A stretch of 60,846 bases of DNA, the filler included, from Hausera hauseri (Eukaryota): assembly GCA_046269625.1 (NCBI GenBank). It is 11 parts of 11 records of this genome, joined end to end, with 100 filler letters (N's around TTAATTAATTAA, not from the genome) between each part and the next. Parts side by side here need not be neighbours in the genome. Positions count along the whole stretch, not along the records: positions 1 to 7,529 come from JBJURY010008678.1; positions 7,630 to 14,227 come from JBJURY010082658.1; 9 more parts are not named here. One strand, written 5' to 3'. The translations under genes and the position numbers were made by a program. The notes under the pieces are model-generated. The model saw only the letters and a program-made list of their open reading frames with translations. It was not told the origin of the DNA and made no database searches. This document shows, in pieces, positions 1 through 10,433 of this stretch (position 1 is its first letter; each line of letters opens with the position of its first letter).

Positions 1-522
1 GATGATGGTGAGTCCGGTTTGACACATTGGGAATTTTGTAAACTGAAATCCATAACGGTAATTGATGGGTTTGATGAGAACTGGTCATAGAGATTACGCA
101 ACGGTGACGTTACTACCATCGACGATTTATTTGAGGAAGCCGTGAAACAATCGGACTTCAACAACCTGTTCATGAAGATTGCACGATACCGTTGCGTAAC
201 GGGTATTTTCATTACGCAAAATATGTTCCATCAGGGTGGCCAGCATCGAACAAGAAATCTAAACGTATACTATTTGATGCTGTTCAAAAATCCTCGTGAT
301 CAGACTATAATTGATTATGTTGCACGACAAGCATTGCCTCACAACCGAGTCTTCTTGATAGACGCATATCATGATTCTGCGAACAAACCGCATGGATATC
401 TGTTTATTGACTTTACACAACAGTGTGCCGACGACATTCGTGTACGAACAGACATTTTCAATCGGAAGGGTGGTGTATGTGTCTGTAAACATATTCAAAA
501 ATCGACGACGACAACGACATGA
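1..522 (+). CDS. Packaging ATPase (FtsK-HerA/A32-like), 5' truncated by window edge
   Basis: IDDL Walker B, ARxR arginine finger, FITQN, FKNPRD, PHGYLFIDF motifs; Walker A visible in the copy at 50360. Confidence 0.9.
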
Positions 523-707
523 AAATGAAGAATTTCCGAAAAACAATTGTTAAACGTAAACAACCTACTACCAAGCGGGTGTCCGGTGGCAGAAAACGTG
601 TATCAAAAAGAAGCGCTGCTACAGTGAAGCGATTAATCAATTCGGTGCTTCGAACAACAAAAGCAGAAGCTAGACACAAATTACCGTCAAAGTGGCAACA
701 GTTATAA
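519..707 (+). CDS. Small Lys/Arg-rich protein, putative virion core protein
   Basis: 62 aa and highly basic; conserved in copies at 16851-17009 and 51023-51205. Confidence 0.6.
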   Translation: MKMKNFRKTIVKRKQPTTKRVSGGRKRVSKRSAATVKRLINSVLRTTKAEARHKLPSKWQQL

Positions 708-764
708 ACAACTACATCTCATCATCAGCAGTATCAAAACTTCCACACACAAAATCCGAGAAAC

Positions 765-1094
765 ATGCGATTCAAACGTAGTTAGCCGTGCTTTATTGCT
801 TTGCTGAAAGCACCTACGAGACATAAGCGAAACATGCTACTATCGATCCCGCAATTTGTAGTAGATGATTTAACGGAAATTTTATACAATATCGTTGTGG
901 GTCACGTTGACTTTGGTAGTGGAAAACGCAATATACTAAAGTATCGAAAACGACTCATTAGCCTAGCCAACGCCCGTAGTAAACGACTCAAACGGGAGGT
1001 CATGTACCAACAAGATGGCGGATTTCTTGGTGCAATTCTACCGATTGTCACGTCATTATTGGGTGGACTCATTGGTTCTGCAACAACAATATAG
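765..1094 (+). pseudogene. Maverick structural protein with QxGG-FL putative adenain cleavage site and C-terminal amphipathic helix
   Basis: EILYNIVVG...QQDGGFLGAILPIVTSLLGGLIG; early in-frame TAG; present in three copies. Confidence 0.7.
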
Positions 1095-1132
1095 TATAAA
1101 CAATGACGGTAAGTATATGATGATTCGGCGAT

Positions 1133-1291
1133 ATGGGTGCATGGTTTTCATCTTACTGTCCCAGTTTACCGAATCTTTCATTTCCGTTTCGTTCAAATTG
1201 TTGTAATGCAAGCAGCAAAACCGGCGACGACAACAGCGACGGCAACGATGGGCGACGTGTGGTTCGACCCGCGTCATCTCGTCGGGTATAA
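1133..1291 (+). CDS. Tiny conserved ORF with MGxxxS N-myristoylation motif
   Basis: MGAWFSSYCPSLPNLSFPFRSNCCN...; same frame kept at 51600-51731 (+) and 16337-16450 (-). Confidence 0.6.
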   Translation: MGAWFSSYCPSLPNLSFPFRSNCCNASSKTGDDNSDGNDGRRVVRPASSRRV

Positions 1292-2234
1292 TGGCGTCAA
1301 GAAACTGGCAAAGACTGTCAAATAGACTCGGCAACAGACCCAACGTTGGCTCGGGAAACAGTTAGTACACAGCTTAAACAAACCGATAAGAAGGCGGTTT
1401 CCAACTCATGCATACCGTGCTGCCGGTGTAAATAATGTATGGCAAATGGATCTGATAGAAATGATTCCGTACGCAAGCATTAACGATGGGTATTGGTAGG
1501 TGCTGACATGTATTGATGTGTTTAGTCGCTTTGCACGTGCAACTGCAGTCAAATCCATATCTGATAAGGCGATTGCCGACGCCGTTCACAGATTAATTGA
1601 ACAACAGCCACCGAAACATGTGCAAACGGACTTGGATAAGGAATTTTACAATTCTCATGTCGCCTCAGTTTTCAAACGGTTCGGTTTAAACCAATATTCG
1701 AACTCTACGCGGTCGACTGAACAGATTTTTTACCAAGCATGGGCAACAAATATAGAGTAGATGTACTACCGGATATTATCTATGCATACAATCACTCGAC
1801 ACAGCGTGGCATCAATGAATTACGCAGGGTTGATGTAATCGATGATTTGGACATGTGGCTTTACCCAAACTGACAACGAGCATTTAATCGTCGTCGCACG
1901 AAATATAGCATTGGCGACTATGTACGCACTTATCGGTTGAACACAACGTTATTTATCAAGAATTACAATCAGAACTGGAGCGATGAGGTGTTTCGAATTT
2001 TAGCAATCAACACAAAACAATCACCCGTCATGTACGTTTTGGAAGATGAAAACGGTGAAGCGACAAGTGGTAAATTCTACGAACAGGAACGGCAGATACT
2101 GTCAGAGAAACCCGATGTATATCATATTCAGGAAATTATACTTTTACGCGGCAAGGGTGCTAATAAACAATATCTTGTCAAGTGGCACGGATACACCAAA
2201 CCAGCTGGACATTTGCAAACCAGATTGAATGATG
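1248..2234 (+). pseudogene. Maverick retroviral-like integrase with C-terminal chromodomain
   Basis: WQMDL, LTCIDVFSRFA, QTDxxKEF, NWSDEVF, KFYEQE, QYLVKWHGY; stops and a deletion. Confidence 0.92.
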
Positions 2235-3290
2235 AGCACTTAATTGATACTTGACAGTGACAAGAATGACACCAATACAGCTAAATGGTTTACCATGACG
2301 CTGGACCAACCGCTCTAATTACGCACGGGAACCCGGGAAGTGGCTCTGACGGAATTCACATTTACATTTTTACCCAAATCAATTCGTGAGAAAAGCGGTA
2401 TTTACTTTACCCGACTAGAACAATATCCTGTTTCAAGCCGTTTAGAGTTAATCCGAGACTCTAACAAATATATTCTTCGCAATTATTCGCAATACAATTT
2501 CGCGGTTTATACTTATTTTTCAAACTGCAGTATAAAGCTAACGCATCGGCATCCCATGAAATTGCAGTTTAAATCCATAGCTGATGCTCAGGCACGGGGT
2601 TTTCAATCAGTCAATGTACGCTGGAAAGCTCAACGGCTGCGTGGGCATGTTATAATTTGTAAAAAATTGGACCTTTCCTCTAATATGACAACAGCAGTTG
2701 TAGTGAACTGGATTAGGTCAGAATTGACCTTTCGCTCGTATATTGTACCGTATGACTTATTTATGCATACGGGAGTGGATTTGTGCGAATATGCCAAGAA
2801 AACAGCTACATTAGCTGAAAATACATGTGAAATAAACGCAGATGGTCATATTTCGCTCATAATACTTGACAATGTTACACATTCTGCATTTGATGAATTA
2901 TCGTCTCGGGATCTGGGTTTTACAAAACGTAAATTCTATCAAAACATTATTGGACGACCTATTGTTGCCACATACAAACCGCAACACTATAGAGCATTTC
3001 ATAGAATCAACATTTTAATGGACTTAACGAATCCGTAATGGATGAATCCATACTCGTTGAAGGAGAACGTAAAGTGGCTTCTACTGGCTTCTATCGAGCT
3101 GGATTCGGACACGTACAAAACATCGGATGAAATTGTTCTCGTTAATATGCTCAGACTCGTGCTTATTATTGCCTTACAATATTGTGCACAGTATTTCTGT
3201 GTATATGCTTGATGAAATTTGGGAACTCATTAAATTTCTGTTTGGCTCAACGACACATTTTACGTTACATTTTTGACGTCGTCGATAATA
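2229..3290 (+). pseudogene. Penton/minor capsid-like protein 1
   Basis: N-terminal LDQPLxLxxGxWEVALxEF (clear in the 52750 copy) and C-terminal HxxLHFRRR, typical of Polinton minor capsid proteins. Confidence 0.7.
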
Positions 3291-3328
3291 AACAACTACA
3301 TAATCATCATCATTCTCATCATTGTGAA

Positions 3329-4391
3329 TATGAGTATTTACATAGTGTTGCCGAGCAACAGTTGTCCGACGACTCGTCCGAAAAATTCAGCCAGCAAATA
3401 CGTTGTTGATTGGGATAATCCTTTAGATTTATTTGGAAAATGGGAGGTTACACTGACGGAATATAACTTTCCCAACACATCGGTGACTTTGAAAGGTAGT
3501 ATAAATATAACGTGCAGAAAAACACATTTTTGTCCTCTGACACTTACTAACAATAAAATATCAGTTGGAGAATCTTCCATTTGCACTACCAAAGCAAATT
3601 ACGATTCACAGGGCAAGATCGGTGCTTTTATTTTAAAGCAAAACTTACATTTTATGGCAGATTTTGAATTTACTGTTACCTTTGAGTCCTCTGATATGAC
3701 GCTGAAATTTGGATTCAAAAATATAGAGTACAAAGGTAAAGATATTAAAAGTGAATATGCAGTTGCTCCAAGCTTAAGTTCCGTATATTGCCAGACAACG
3801 GTGACATTTAGCTATACAGCACAAAGGGTGTCAACATTATACGTATCGATTGGAGACTATGTGTATTGTGAATCTGTAGCACATCTCTGTCAACACTTTT
3901 CAAATTAAAAGTACAAGAAGATATTTAAAGTTTTCGAGTCAGATGCAAGTGGGTACATCAAATTTGAATTGTCTAAGGATGTTGTCGACATTTCATTGGA
4001 CAAAGCCTTGGCTATGGCATTGGGTTTTGAAAAACAGCGGTTTGAGGCATCAAATGCGAATATGGCACATGTTGCAACACTTAAACCCAAACTGAAAACT
4101 GAACTAAGTCAAATGTACATTCACGTGAACGTCACCGATCCTATTTTAATGGGTGGAGTACGTGTACCGCTACTCCGTGAAATTTATCCCGAAAGCAGCA
4201 AGTATACTGCTGGCGACAATGTTACTGTCAAGTTCGATAATCCAATGTACCTACTTGTGGAATTTACATCTATAAACAATGTTGAAGTGAATATCCGATT
4301 TGACGCGAGCTACCTTATTGAATTACCGTACGGTCCCACAACCAATCAAACTCTTCATTTCCATCGAATCCAACAACAAGAACATGATTGA
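3329..4391 (+). pseudogene. Penton/minor capsid-like protein 2
   Basis: MSIYIVLPSNS...PLDLFGKWEVTLTEY; MYIHVNVTDPILMGGVRVPLLR; FDNPMY. Confidence 0.8.
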
Positions 4392-4743
4392 TTCTGAAAT
4401 CACTACCACTTACAGTAAACCCCAACAAGGCGGTGAACTGCCTTATTTCGTTGGTAAACAGTATGGCTCTGGATGATTACGTACATTGGCACGTTTAGCC
4501 TTTCCAGTGTTGATGCGTATTGGAGCCGTGGTAAACAAAATCAGCTCAGGATGTACTGTATGAAAACAAATATATTTTGCCATCATTGAAGGAACACGCC
4601 TTGTTAGAAATAAAAAGCACTGTACCGGGAGTCGTAGAATCAGTCAAAGAAAACAATTCGATGGTAGTGGCTTAAGAAAACGTGGTAGATCAGCTAGCCT
4701 TTCAACTATAAATAAACATCGTCGTCCTACGATTTTCGATTGA
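4384..4743 (+). pseudogene. Maverick basic protein with QQGG / QYGSG motifs
   Basis: Homologous to the intact ORF at 54940-55302. Confidence 0.7.
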
Positions 4744-4757
4744 TTTAAAACAGACAA

Positions 4758-5987
4758 ATGGCATCTGCAAAATCGGAATTGTGCATATTTGAAAAAGCCG
4801 CGCCACAAGTTGTTATTGACAATGCAGCATTTGAAGAAATCTACCCAGTTGATTCTGTTTCAACGGATGATAAAATTGACATTCAATTCAACATTACGGC
4901 ATCGGACAATGAATATCTCGATTTGAGCAATATGCTACTGTATGCAAAAGTTGTTGTTAAAAATGATGCATCAACGGTTCTCGCTGCAACAGACATTGTC
5001 ACACCGGCCAATTACCTTTTCCTCACACTGTTTTAGCAGGCTCCACTGACTCTAAACAGCGTCAAAATCGAAGGCAACACCAGTCTATACAGTATCAAAG
5101 CATTCTTTAAAACGTCTCTGAATTACAGTGCAGACACGAACACGATTAGTTTAATGAAAACCATCGGATATGACGACACTGCAGAAAGCCGCCAAGTATG
5201 GATGGAAGAAGCAAAAGCGCTTACAATGTGTGGACCGCTGTATTTTGACTTTTAGATCAGCCGAAATACCTACTACCCTCTGTTAAAGCCATGATTCGGC
5301 TCAAACGCAGCGACAATGTCTTTTGTTTGGAAACTGCAGTTGCAAATCTCAAACCCATACTGAAAATTACCGAGACACAATTATACGTACGTCGAGTAAA
5401 GGTAGAACCATCTGTGCTCATGGGACATCGATTAGACTTGGAAACACAAAATCTGTTACCCGATGCAACGCACCGAACTCATGTTTTACAGTACATCCAA
5501 AGGTTCAACAACGTTTTACAAAGATGCACTGTTTGGCGACATGCGATTGCCGAAATTTGTGCTTGTTACATTTCAAACGACTGCTCAACAAAGGGGCAGT
5601 TATACCACTGATTTGGAAACGTTTACCTATAGCAACGTGAATTACATTAGTTTGGATCGGAATGCGGATTTCGTTGAGACGTAAAAAAGACTTTGAATTA
5701 ATGATTATGTTTGCACATATATGCAAACTATCGTGCGCAACATGGATTTGTTGAACAAAAATGTCAATAATGGCATATCGATGGATTTATTCAAGTCCAC
5801 TTATCCATTCTTCACCTTTATCCTGGCTTCAGATTATGACGTTGAGCAGACTCAACTACTTTAGCAAGGAAACCTGAGATTAGAGGTACACTTTGCTAAA
5901 ACGTTGGAGCAATGTACCGTGATGTACATTTACGGTCTATTTGATGCCGTGGTTGAAATAACAAAAAACGGAACCGTCATTGTATAA
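4758..5987 (+). pseudogene. Major capsid protein (hexon-like)
   Basis: KSELCIF, EYLDL..LLY, QPKYLL, LYVRRVKV, RLPKFVLV, GNLRLEVHF motifs of Maverick MCP. Confidence 0.88.
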
Positions 5988-6057
5988 ATAAAATCCGCTG
6001 TGACGTTGTCGTCTTCTTCCTTGTCGTACTATGAAGTATTTTATTTTGATTTCTATT

Positions 6058-6438
6058 ATGCTCAAATCACATTTATTTACATTTAGCTCCACTGAGTTAT
6101 GTCACTACGGAATACTGCTCTTGGGTGCGAAATTCCGCGGCGTGTTTCCACTGGACTGTGTGTCGTGTGATTTACGACAAACTGGCGGCTTTATTATCAA
6201 TACACACAATTCATCATTGCCGGGCGAACATTGTTTTGCTGCGTACGTCTATCCAACCGTCGTCAGAGTATTAGATCCGCTCGGATTTTACTATCCGTCA
6301 TCGTTAGTTTGTCAAATTGGAAGACAATCACTATAATCATACTGTGTTGAATATAATAGACGTCATTATCAACATCCAATGACTATACTGTATGGACATA
6401 ACTGCTTATTGTGGCTTACATTACAATCACTTTTATGA
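6058..6438 (+). pseudogene. Adenain-like cysteine protease
   Basis: FRGVFPLD, IINT...PGEH(W>C), LDPLG, YQHP...(C>Y)GHxC; catalytic Cys codon appears mutated. Confidence 0.85.
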
Positions 6439-6524
6439 AAAGAAAAACGTTTTCTGTTTGGTGAAATATATTATTTTATTACTGTTGTTTTGGTTTGTAT
6501 AGTGAACCGATCGGTTTTGTATAA

Positions 6525-6830
6525 CAAAAACAGATTGAAACCATAGCTAAAATGATGATGATGATTTTCAACGACGTTTTTCACATACACACACATACAC
6601 CGACTTACAATCGTCTAATCGTAAGGCGGCAACAATATAAAATGCTCAACTATTGATGAGCATTCATTTCCACTACCACCACCACCACCACCACCACCTC
6701 CGTCTGGTTTTTAAGCAAAAACAGATTGAAACTGAATCTTTTACAATAATGATGATGATTTTCAACGACATTTTCCACCGACTTACAATCGTCTAATTGT
6801 GAGGCGGCTATAATATGAAATTCTCAACTA
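6525..6830 (+). repeat. Two imperfect ~120-nt direct repeats separated by a (CCA)n tract, probable Maverick subterminal region
   Basis: AAAACAGATTGAAAC...GATGATGATTTTCAACGAC...CCGACTTACAATCGTCTAAT...CTCAACTAT at ~6525-6653 and ~6716-6830. Confidence 0.8.
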
Positions 6831-7529
6831 TAAATGGTCTACGTACGCGCTCAACCAATTTCCACCACCGTCTCACTTGTGCAACGGGAAATTTTGCCCA
6901 CTTGAAATATCCCCATCGATTTGTCTCCATGTTCCCATGGTCTGACCGAGTTGCAACCGTGTCCTTTGCAATCGCCAATATCGATTTACTTTTTGTACAC
7001 GTTTTCTGAGTGTTAACAACATGTTTCGCGTTATACGTGACACATATCCTCTTTTGCTTCTTCCTCTTCTAGCGCCTCTCCCTTACATTTTTGTAAGCCG
7101 AACTTCTAATAACTTTTGCTCACATCGTCACGAGCTATCGATATCACTTGGTTTTCCTATCATTTGCTTTCTGCAAATTAAAGAAGTTAGATTTGTTAAT
7201 GTGACAATTTTAGGTATGATGCTTTAAAATTTTAAGTGAATATAACTATTGCTCCACTCTTGTAATTTTTAAATTTCTGCTATTTTATAATCCATTAAGG
7301 CATTAATATAAACCAAATATACATTATTTTAGGGTTTATAATGCAATCTATAACACCTAAAACTACAGTGGGCAAATTTTGATGCAGATTTGACAAAGTG
7401 GGAAATGAAATGAAATATCTTGAGAAACATTGATTGAAAAGAAGTCATAAGTTTACTAATATATTGATGCAGTGGAGCGTGTCATATTCACCCGACCTTT
7501 GAATCACTAGCACTAGAGTAGTAAGAAAA

Positions 7530-7629
7530 NNNNNNNNNNNNNNNNNNNNNNNNNNNNNNNNNNNNNNNNNNNNTTAATTAATTAANNNNNNNNNNNNNNN
7601 NNNNNNNNNNNNNNNNNNNNNNNNNNNNN
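7530..7629. other. Artificial contig linker; identical linkers at 14228, 19243, 23966, 29697, 35419, 39999, 44596, 48477 and 56028
   Basis: 44 N + TTAATTAATTAA (stops in all six frames) + 44 N. Confidence 0.99.
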
Positions 7630-8060
7630 ATGGGGATCACATTTATGAATTCCACCGGTCTTGCAACTTTTAATCTACAGGTAAAACTCTCGAGGCTGGG
7701 AATCGGTACCAACTGTGGATCCGACGTGGCGATAATAGAACGCACGGCCATACTCAGTCAAAATGGTCCAAAGGGCACCGGCCGCGGCCAGCATCTGTAA
7801 AGATTTGGTTTACAAACAAAAACAATAAGTAAAAAAATAAACATATCACGGATTCGGTCAAATAAAATATACCAAAATCAAATTTTCTAACATACAAAAA
7901 TACAAAATAAAAAAATTAAAAATCGGGATCACAAGTGCCGAAGTAACCAGCACTTGTAATAAATAAAAAACTAACAATCAAAATCTGTGTATTCAAATCC
8001 ATTTGTTTTAATCCACAGTTTAAAAAATAGCAAAATTATTTAAAAAACATCTCTACATTA

Positions 8061-8948
8061 ATGTCGGAAACGTCAAATACAGTTGGAAAGGGTCGCTCGA
8101 CGGAGAAGTCAATCATCTCTGTGCCGCCTCCCGTCAAACCGAAAATCGGTGAACCTATCACCCGCAAACCATGTACGGCAATCACTTCGAAACCGGGAGT
8201 CAACAAAGTCATTAATTTGACATCAGGATACCGGATCCCTAAACGGTCCCAACCAGAACTGGTGAGAACACAGGGCCCGGATAACAGTCCAGTCTCAACT
8301 CTCGAGCCAGAGCAGCCATGTTCAACCCGGCAAGACGCCGCCTCCTGCAGAAAACGACGCTGCAACGCCGACAAGCGAGCCCCGTACCGGTCCTACTCGG
8401 ACTTTCTGACGGTACGGGAGCTATTGCAGCAGAGCCGCTTCATACGACACCTAGTCAGGTTGGGGCGAGATGACCCCTACTCTTTACCCGTGGGAACACT
8501 TCATCGGTTCTACGAGGACGGGGAGAATCGACGTCTCTTTGACTCCTCGATTTTCCTGCCGGTCGTCCTGAGATTGATGACAGCAGCCGACCGCCTCTAC
8601 AAATCATTAGCTCCCTCGGAGAGCCAGCTGATCCCGTTACACCAACACTCCGAACAACGGCAGGTTGAGATGTCGAGCCCCGATGACTTACCGAAACTAG
8701 ATCGCAGGCGCCGTCCTGACCCGGCACGAAGGAAACCTGCGCCGTTGGATTCAAGCTCGAACGACGCTCCGACTTGCACACGCCGAAATCTCCAAACTGA
8801 TCCGGAACTGTCGTCGACGGACGCATCATACGCCTCGGCTGACGAACCAATGGTGGAACAAAATAAATGTTTTAAATCTTACTTGTTCTTCATTTTTCTT
8901 TTTTGCGTTATATTCTATTATTTTATTCGACCGTTTTATAAGATCTAA
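8061..8948 (+). CDS. Hypothetical 295-aa protein immediately upstream of a gypsy PBS
   Basis: Uninterrupted, relatively GC-rich ORF; no recognised domain. Confidence 0.45.
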   Translation: MSETSNTVGKGRSTEKSIISVPPPVKPKIGEPITRKPCTAITSKPGVNKVINLTSGYRIPKRSQPELVRTQGPDNSPVSTLEPEQPCSTRQDAASCRKRRCNADKRAPYRSYSDFLTVRELLQQSRFIRHLVRLGRDDPYSLPVGTLHRFYEDGENRRLFDSSIFLPVVLRLMTAADRLYKSLAPSESQLIPLHQHSEQRQVEMSSPDDLPKLDRRRRPDPARRKPAPLDSSSNDAPTCTRRNLQTDPELSSTDASYASADEPMVEQNKCFKSYLFFIFLFCVIFYYFIRPFYKI

Positions 8949-8959
8949 TTACACTAAAA

Positions 8960-8970
8960 TGGTGGCAGCG
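8960..8970 (+). promoter_or_regulatory. Putative primer-binding site (tRNA-Leu type)
   Basis: TGGTGGCAGCG is complementary to a ...CGCTGCCACCA tRNA 3' end and lies just before the gag ORF. Confidence 0.6.
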
Positions 8971-9023
8971 AATACTCCACACACGTCTCTTTCGCACAAA
9001 ACCGTACATACTGGTCCGGGCAT

Positions 9024-10433
9024 TTGACAAACACAGCCGCTGATAGTAATCCGGTTCAAACTTACAGAAAAACCATGGAAATGAATCCGGTAAATACACT
9101 CACTAATGCAGTCGAAAACAATCCGGCCAGAAATACCCACATCACTAAACGTGACGACACGAAACCCGCCAACCATACGACCATCAACAAGAAAATCACA
9201 ATGAGCGATTCTGAACAAGTTCTAAACTATAGTAGCACTAACACGCACGATGATAACGTGAACTCGGCGCACAAATCCGATAAAGCAACGACACCGCGAG
9301 AAATCCAGCTTCTTGTGCGTGGCTTACACAACACGAGAGTACATCGTTTCTCGTCTAATATGTCTGCGAAGGCGATGCTACAACAGTTCGCGAGTTCATA
9401 TCCGGACCACTTTTTTTCACAAAACGCAAGCATCTTGCGGCCATGGAATAATCCCGTTTCGGACTATTTCCCCACACACAATGCGACACTGCTCGCAACA
9501 CCTAAAACGAAATGAGGCATTGACACAATTACGCCCGACAAAAAAGCCGAAACTACATCATCAACACCGGCCAAACCTCCCAAATTAGCGTGTCCCACCT
9601 TCTTCATAGGCTCGGACGGAACTCCATTGACGTGGTTCCATGTGTTTGAAACATGGGCTATTCAATGCAGCATCACCGGCCAACTAAACAAGGCTCTAAC
9701 ATTAATACAGTACCTGCAGCCAACAACGCTTGCTGCAATAACGGATCTGGACACGTTACTGTCAGATGAAAAGCCGTTTGACAAAATCAAAGCAGCTATA
9801 TACAAAGCATATCTGCCGTCCCAACAAAACCAATTTAACCTAGTTTTCACCAAGCTACAGACAGGGAATATGAAACCTTCTGCTCTTCTTCAAAAGTTAC
9901 GCTCAGACTTGAGTAATGCTGAGTTGGGCCTCCACAGCAACTAGCACATACTACGGTGCTACTTCCTGAGTAGTTTGCCAAACCAAATTCAATCGGCCCT
10001 TGTGCTATTATCGCCCGACACGACAATGGACGATATGGCATCAAAAGCCGACAAAATATATGAGTGCACTAAAGGCACCGTAGAATCCGCACTGACGGAA
10101 AACATCAACTCCGTCACAGCGACCCAGCAAAATCAGCTGGACACAATTATTGCCGCACTGCAGGCATTTGTAATACACAAGAATCCGCCAGCCACAGACA
10201 AACCGTCATCTTGGTGCCAATCCCCCAAGAGAAAGAAAGGCAAATTTTCCAAAATTTGCCATTTCCGCACACGATTTGGCGAATCCGCCTACAAATGTTA
10301 CCATGGTTGTCAATTCAACCAGCCATCCGCAAATATAAAAATGCAAGACACTTGCATTTATCACAATCGTTTCGGTCCAGATGCAAAAATCTGTCGACCC
10401 GACTGCAAATTTCACAAGCCATCAAAAAACTAA
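9024..10433 (+). pseudogene. gag: Gag with N-terminal ubiquitin-like domain
   Basis: One frame with stops at 9513 and 9942; TWFHVFETW, KPSALL, MASKADKI; two CxYHxRFGxxAxxCxxxC-type motifs. Confidence 0.8.
10424..10430 (+). promoter_or_regulatory. -1 ribosomal frameshift slippery site A_AAA_AAC
   Basis: Directly before the gag stop; the pol ORF is in the -1 frame. Confidence 0.7.

Larger units (their letters stand above)
1..6960 (+). mobile_element. Maverick/Polinton (adintovirus-like) element copy A, degraded, ATPase-to-protease half
   Basis: Gene order ATPase, basic protein, QxGG protein, integrase, two penton-like genes, QxGG protein, major capsid, adenain; many stops and frameshifts; right boundary approximate. 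Confidence 0.93.

Noticed and set aside
765-6438. Frequent in-frame TAA/TAG/TGA suggesting an alternative genetic code
   Set aside because: Most stops differ between copies, occur alongside frameshifts and fit single-base decay; long copia and host-like ORFs read normally in the standard code.
6525-6830. Possible CRISPR-like array
   Set aside because: Only two long imperfect units, no spacer periodicity, no cas genes, eukaryotic context.
7530-7629. Recurrent palindromic TTAATTAATTAA flanked by Ns, resembling a regular repeat system
   Set aside because: Artificial six-frame-stop contig spacer; adjacency across it has no biological meaning, and ORFs ending in X...LIN are artefacts.
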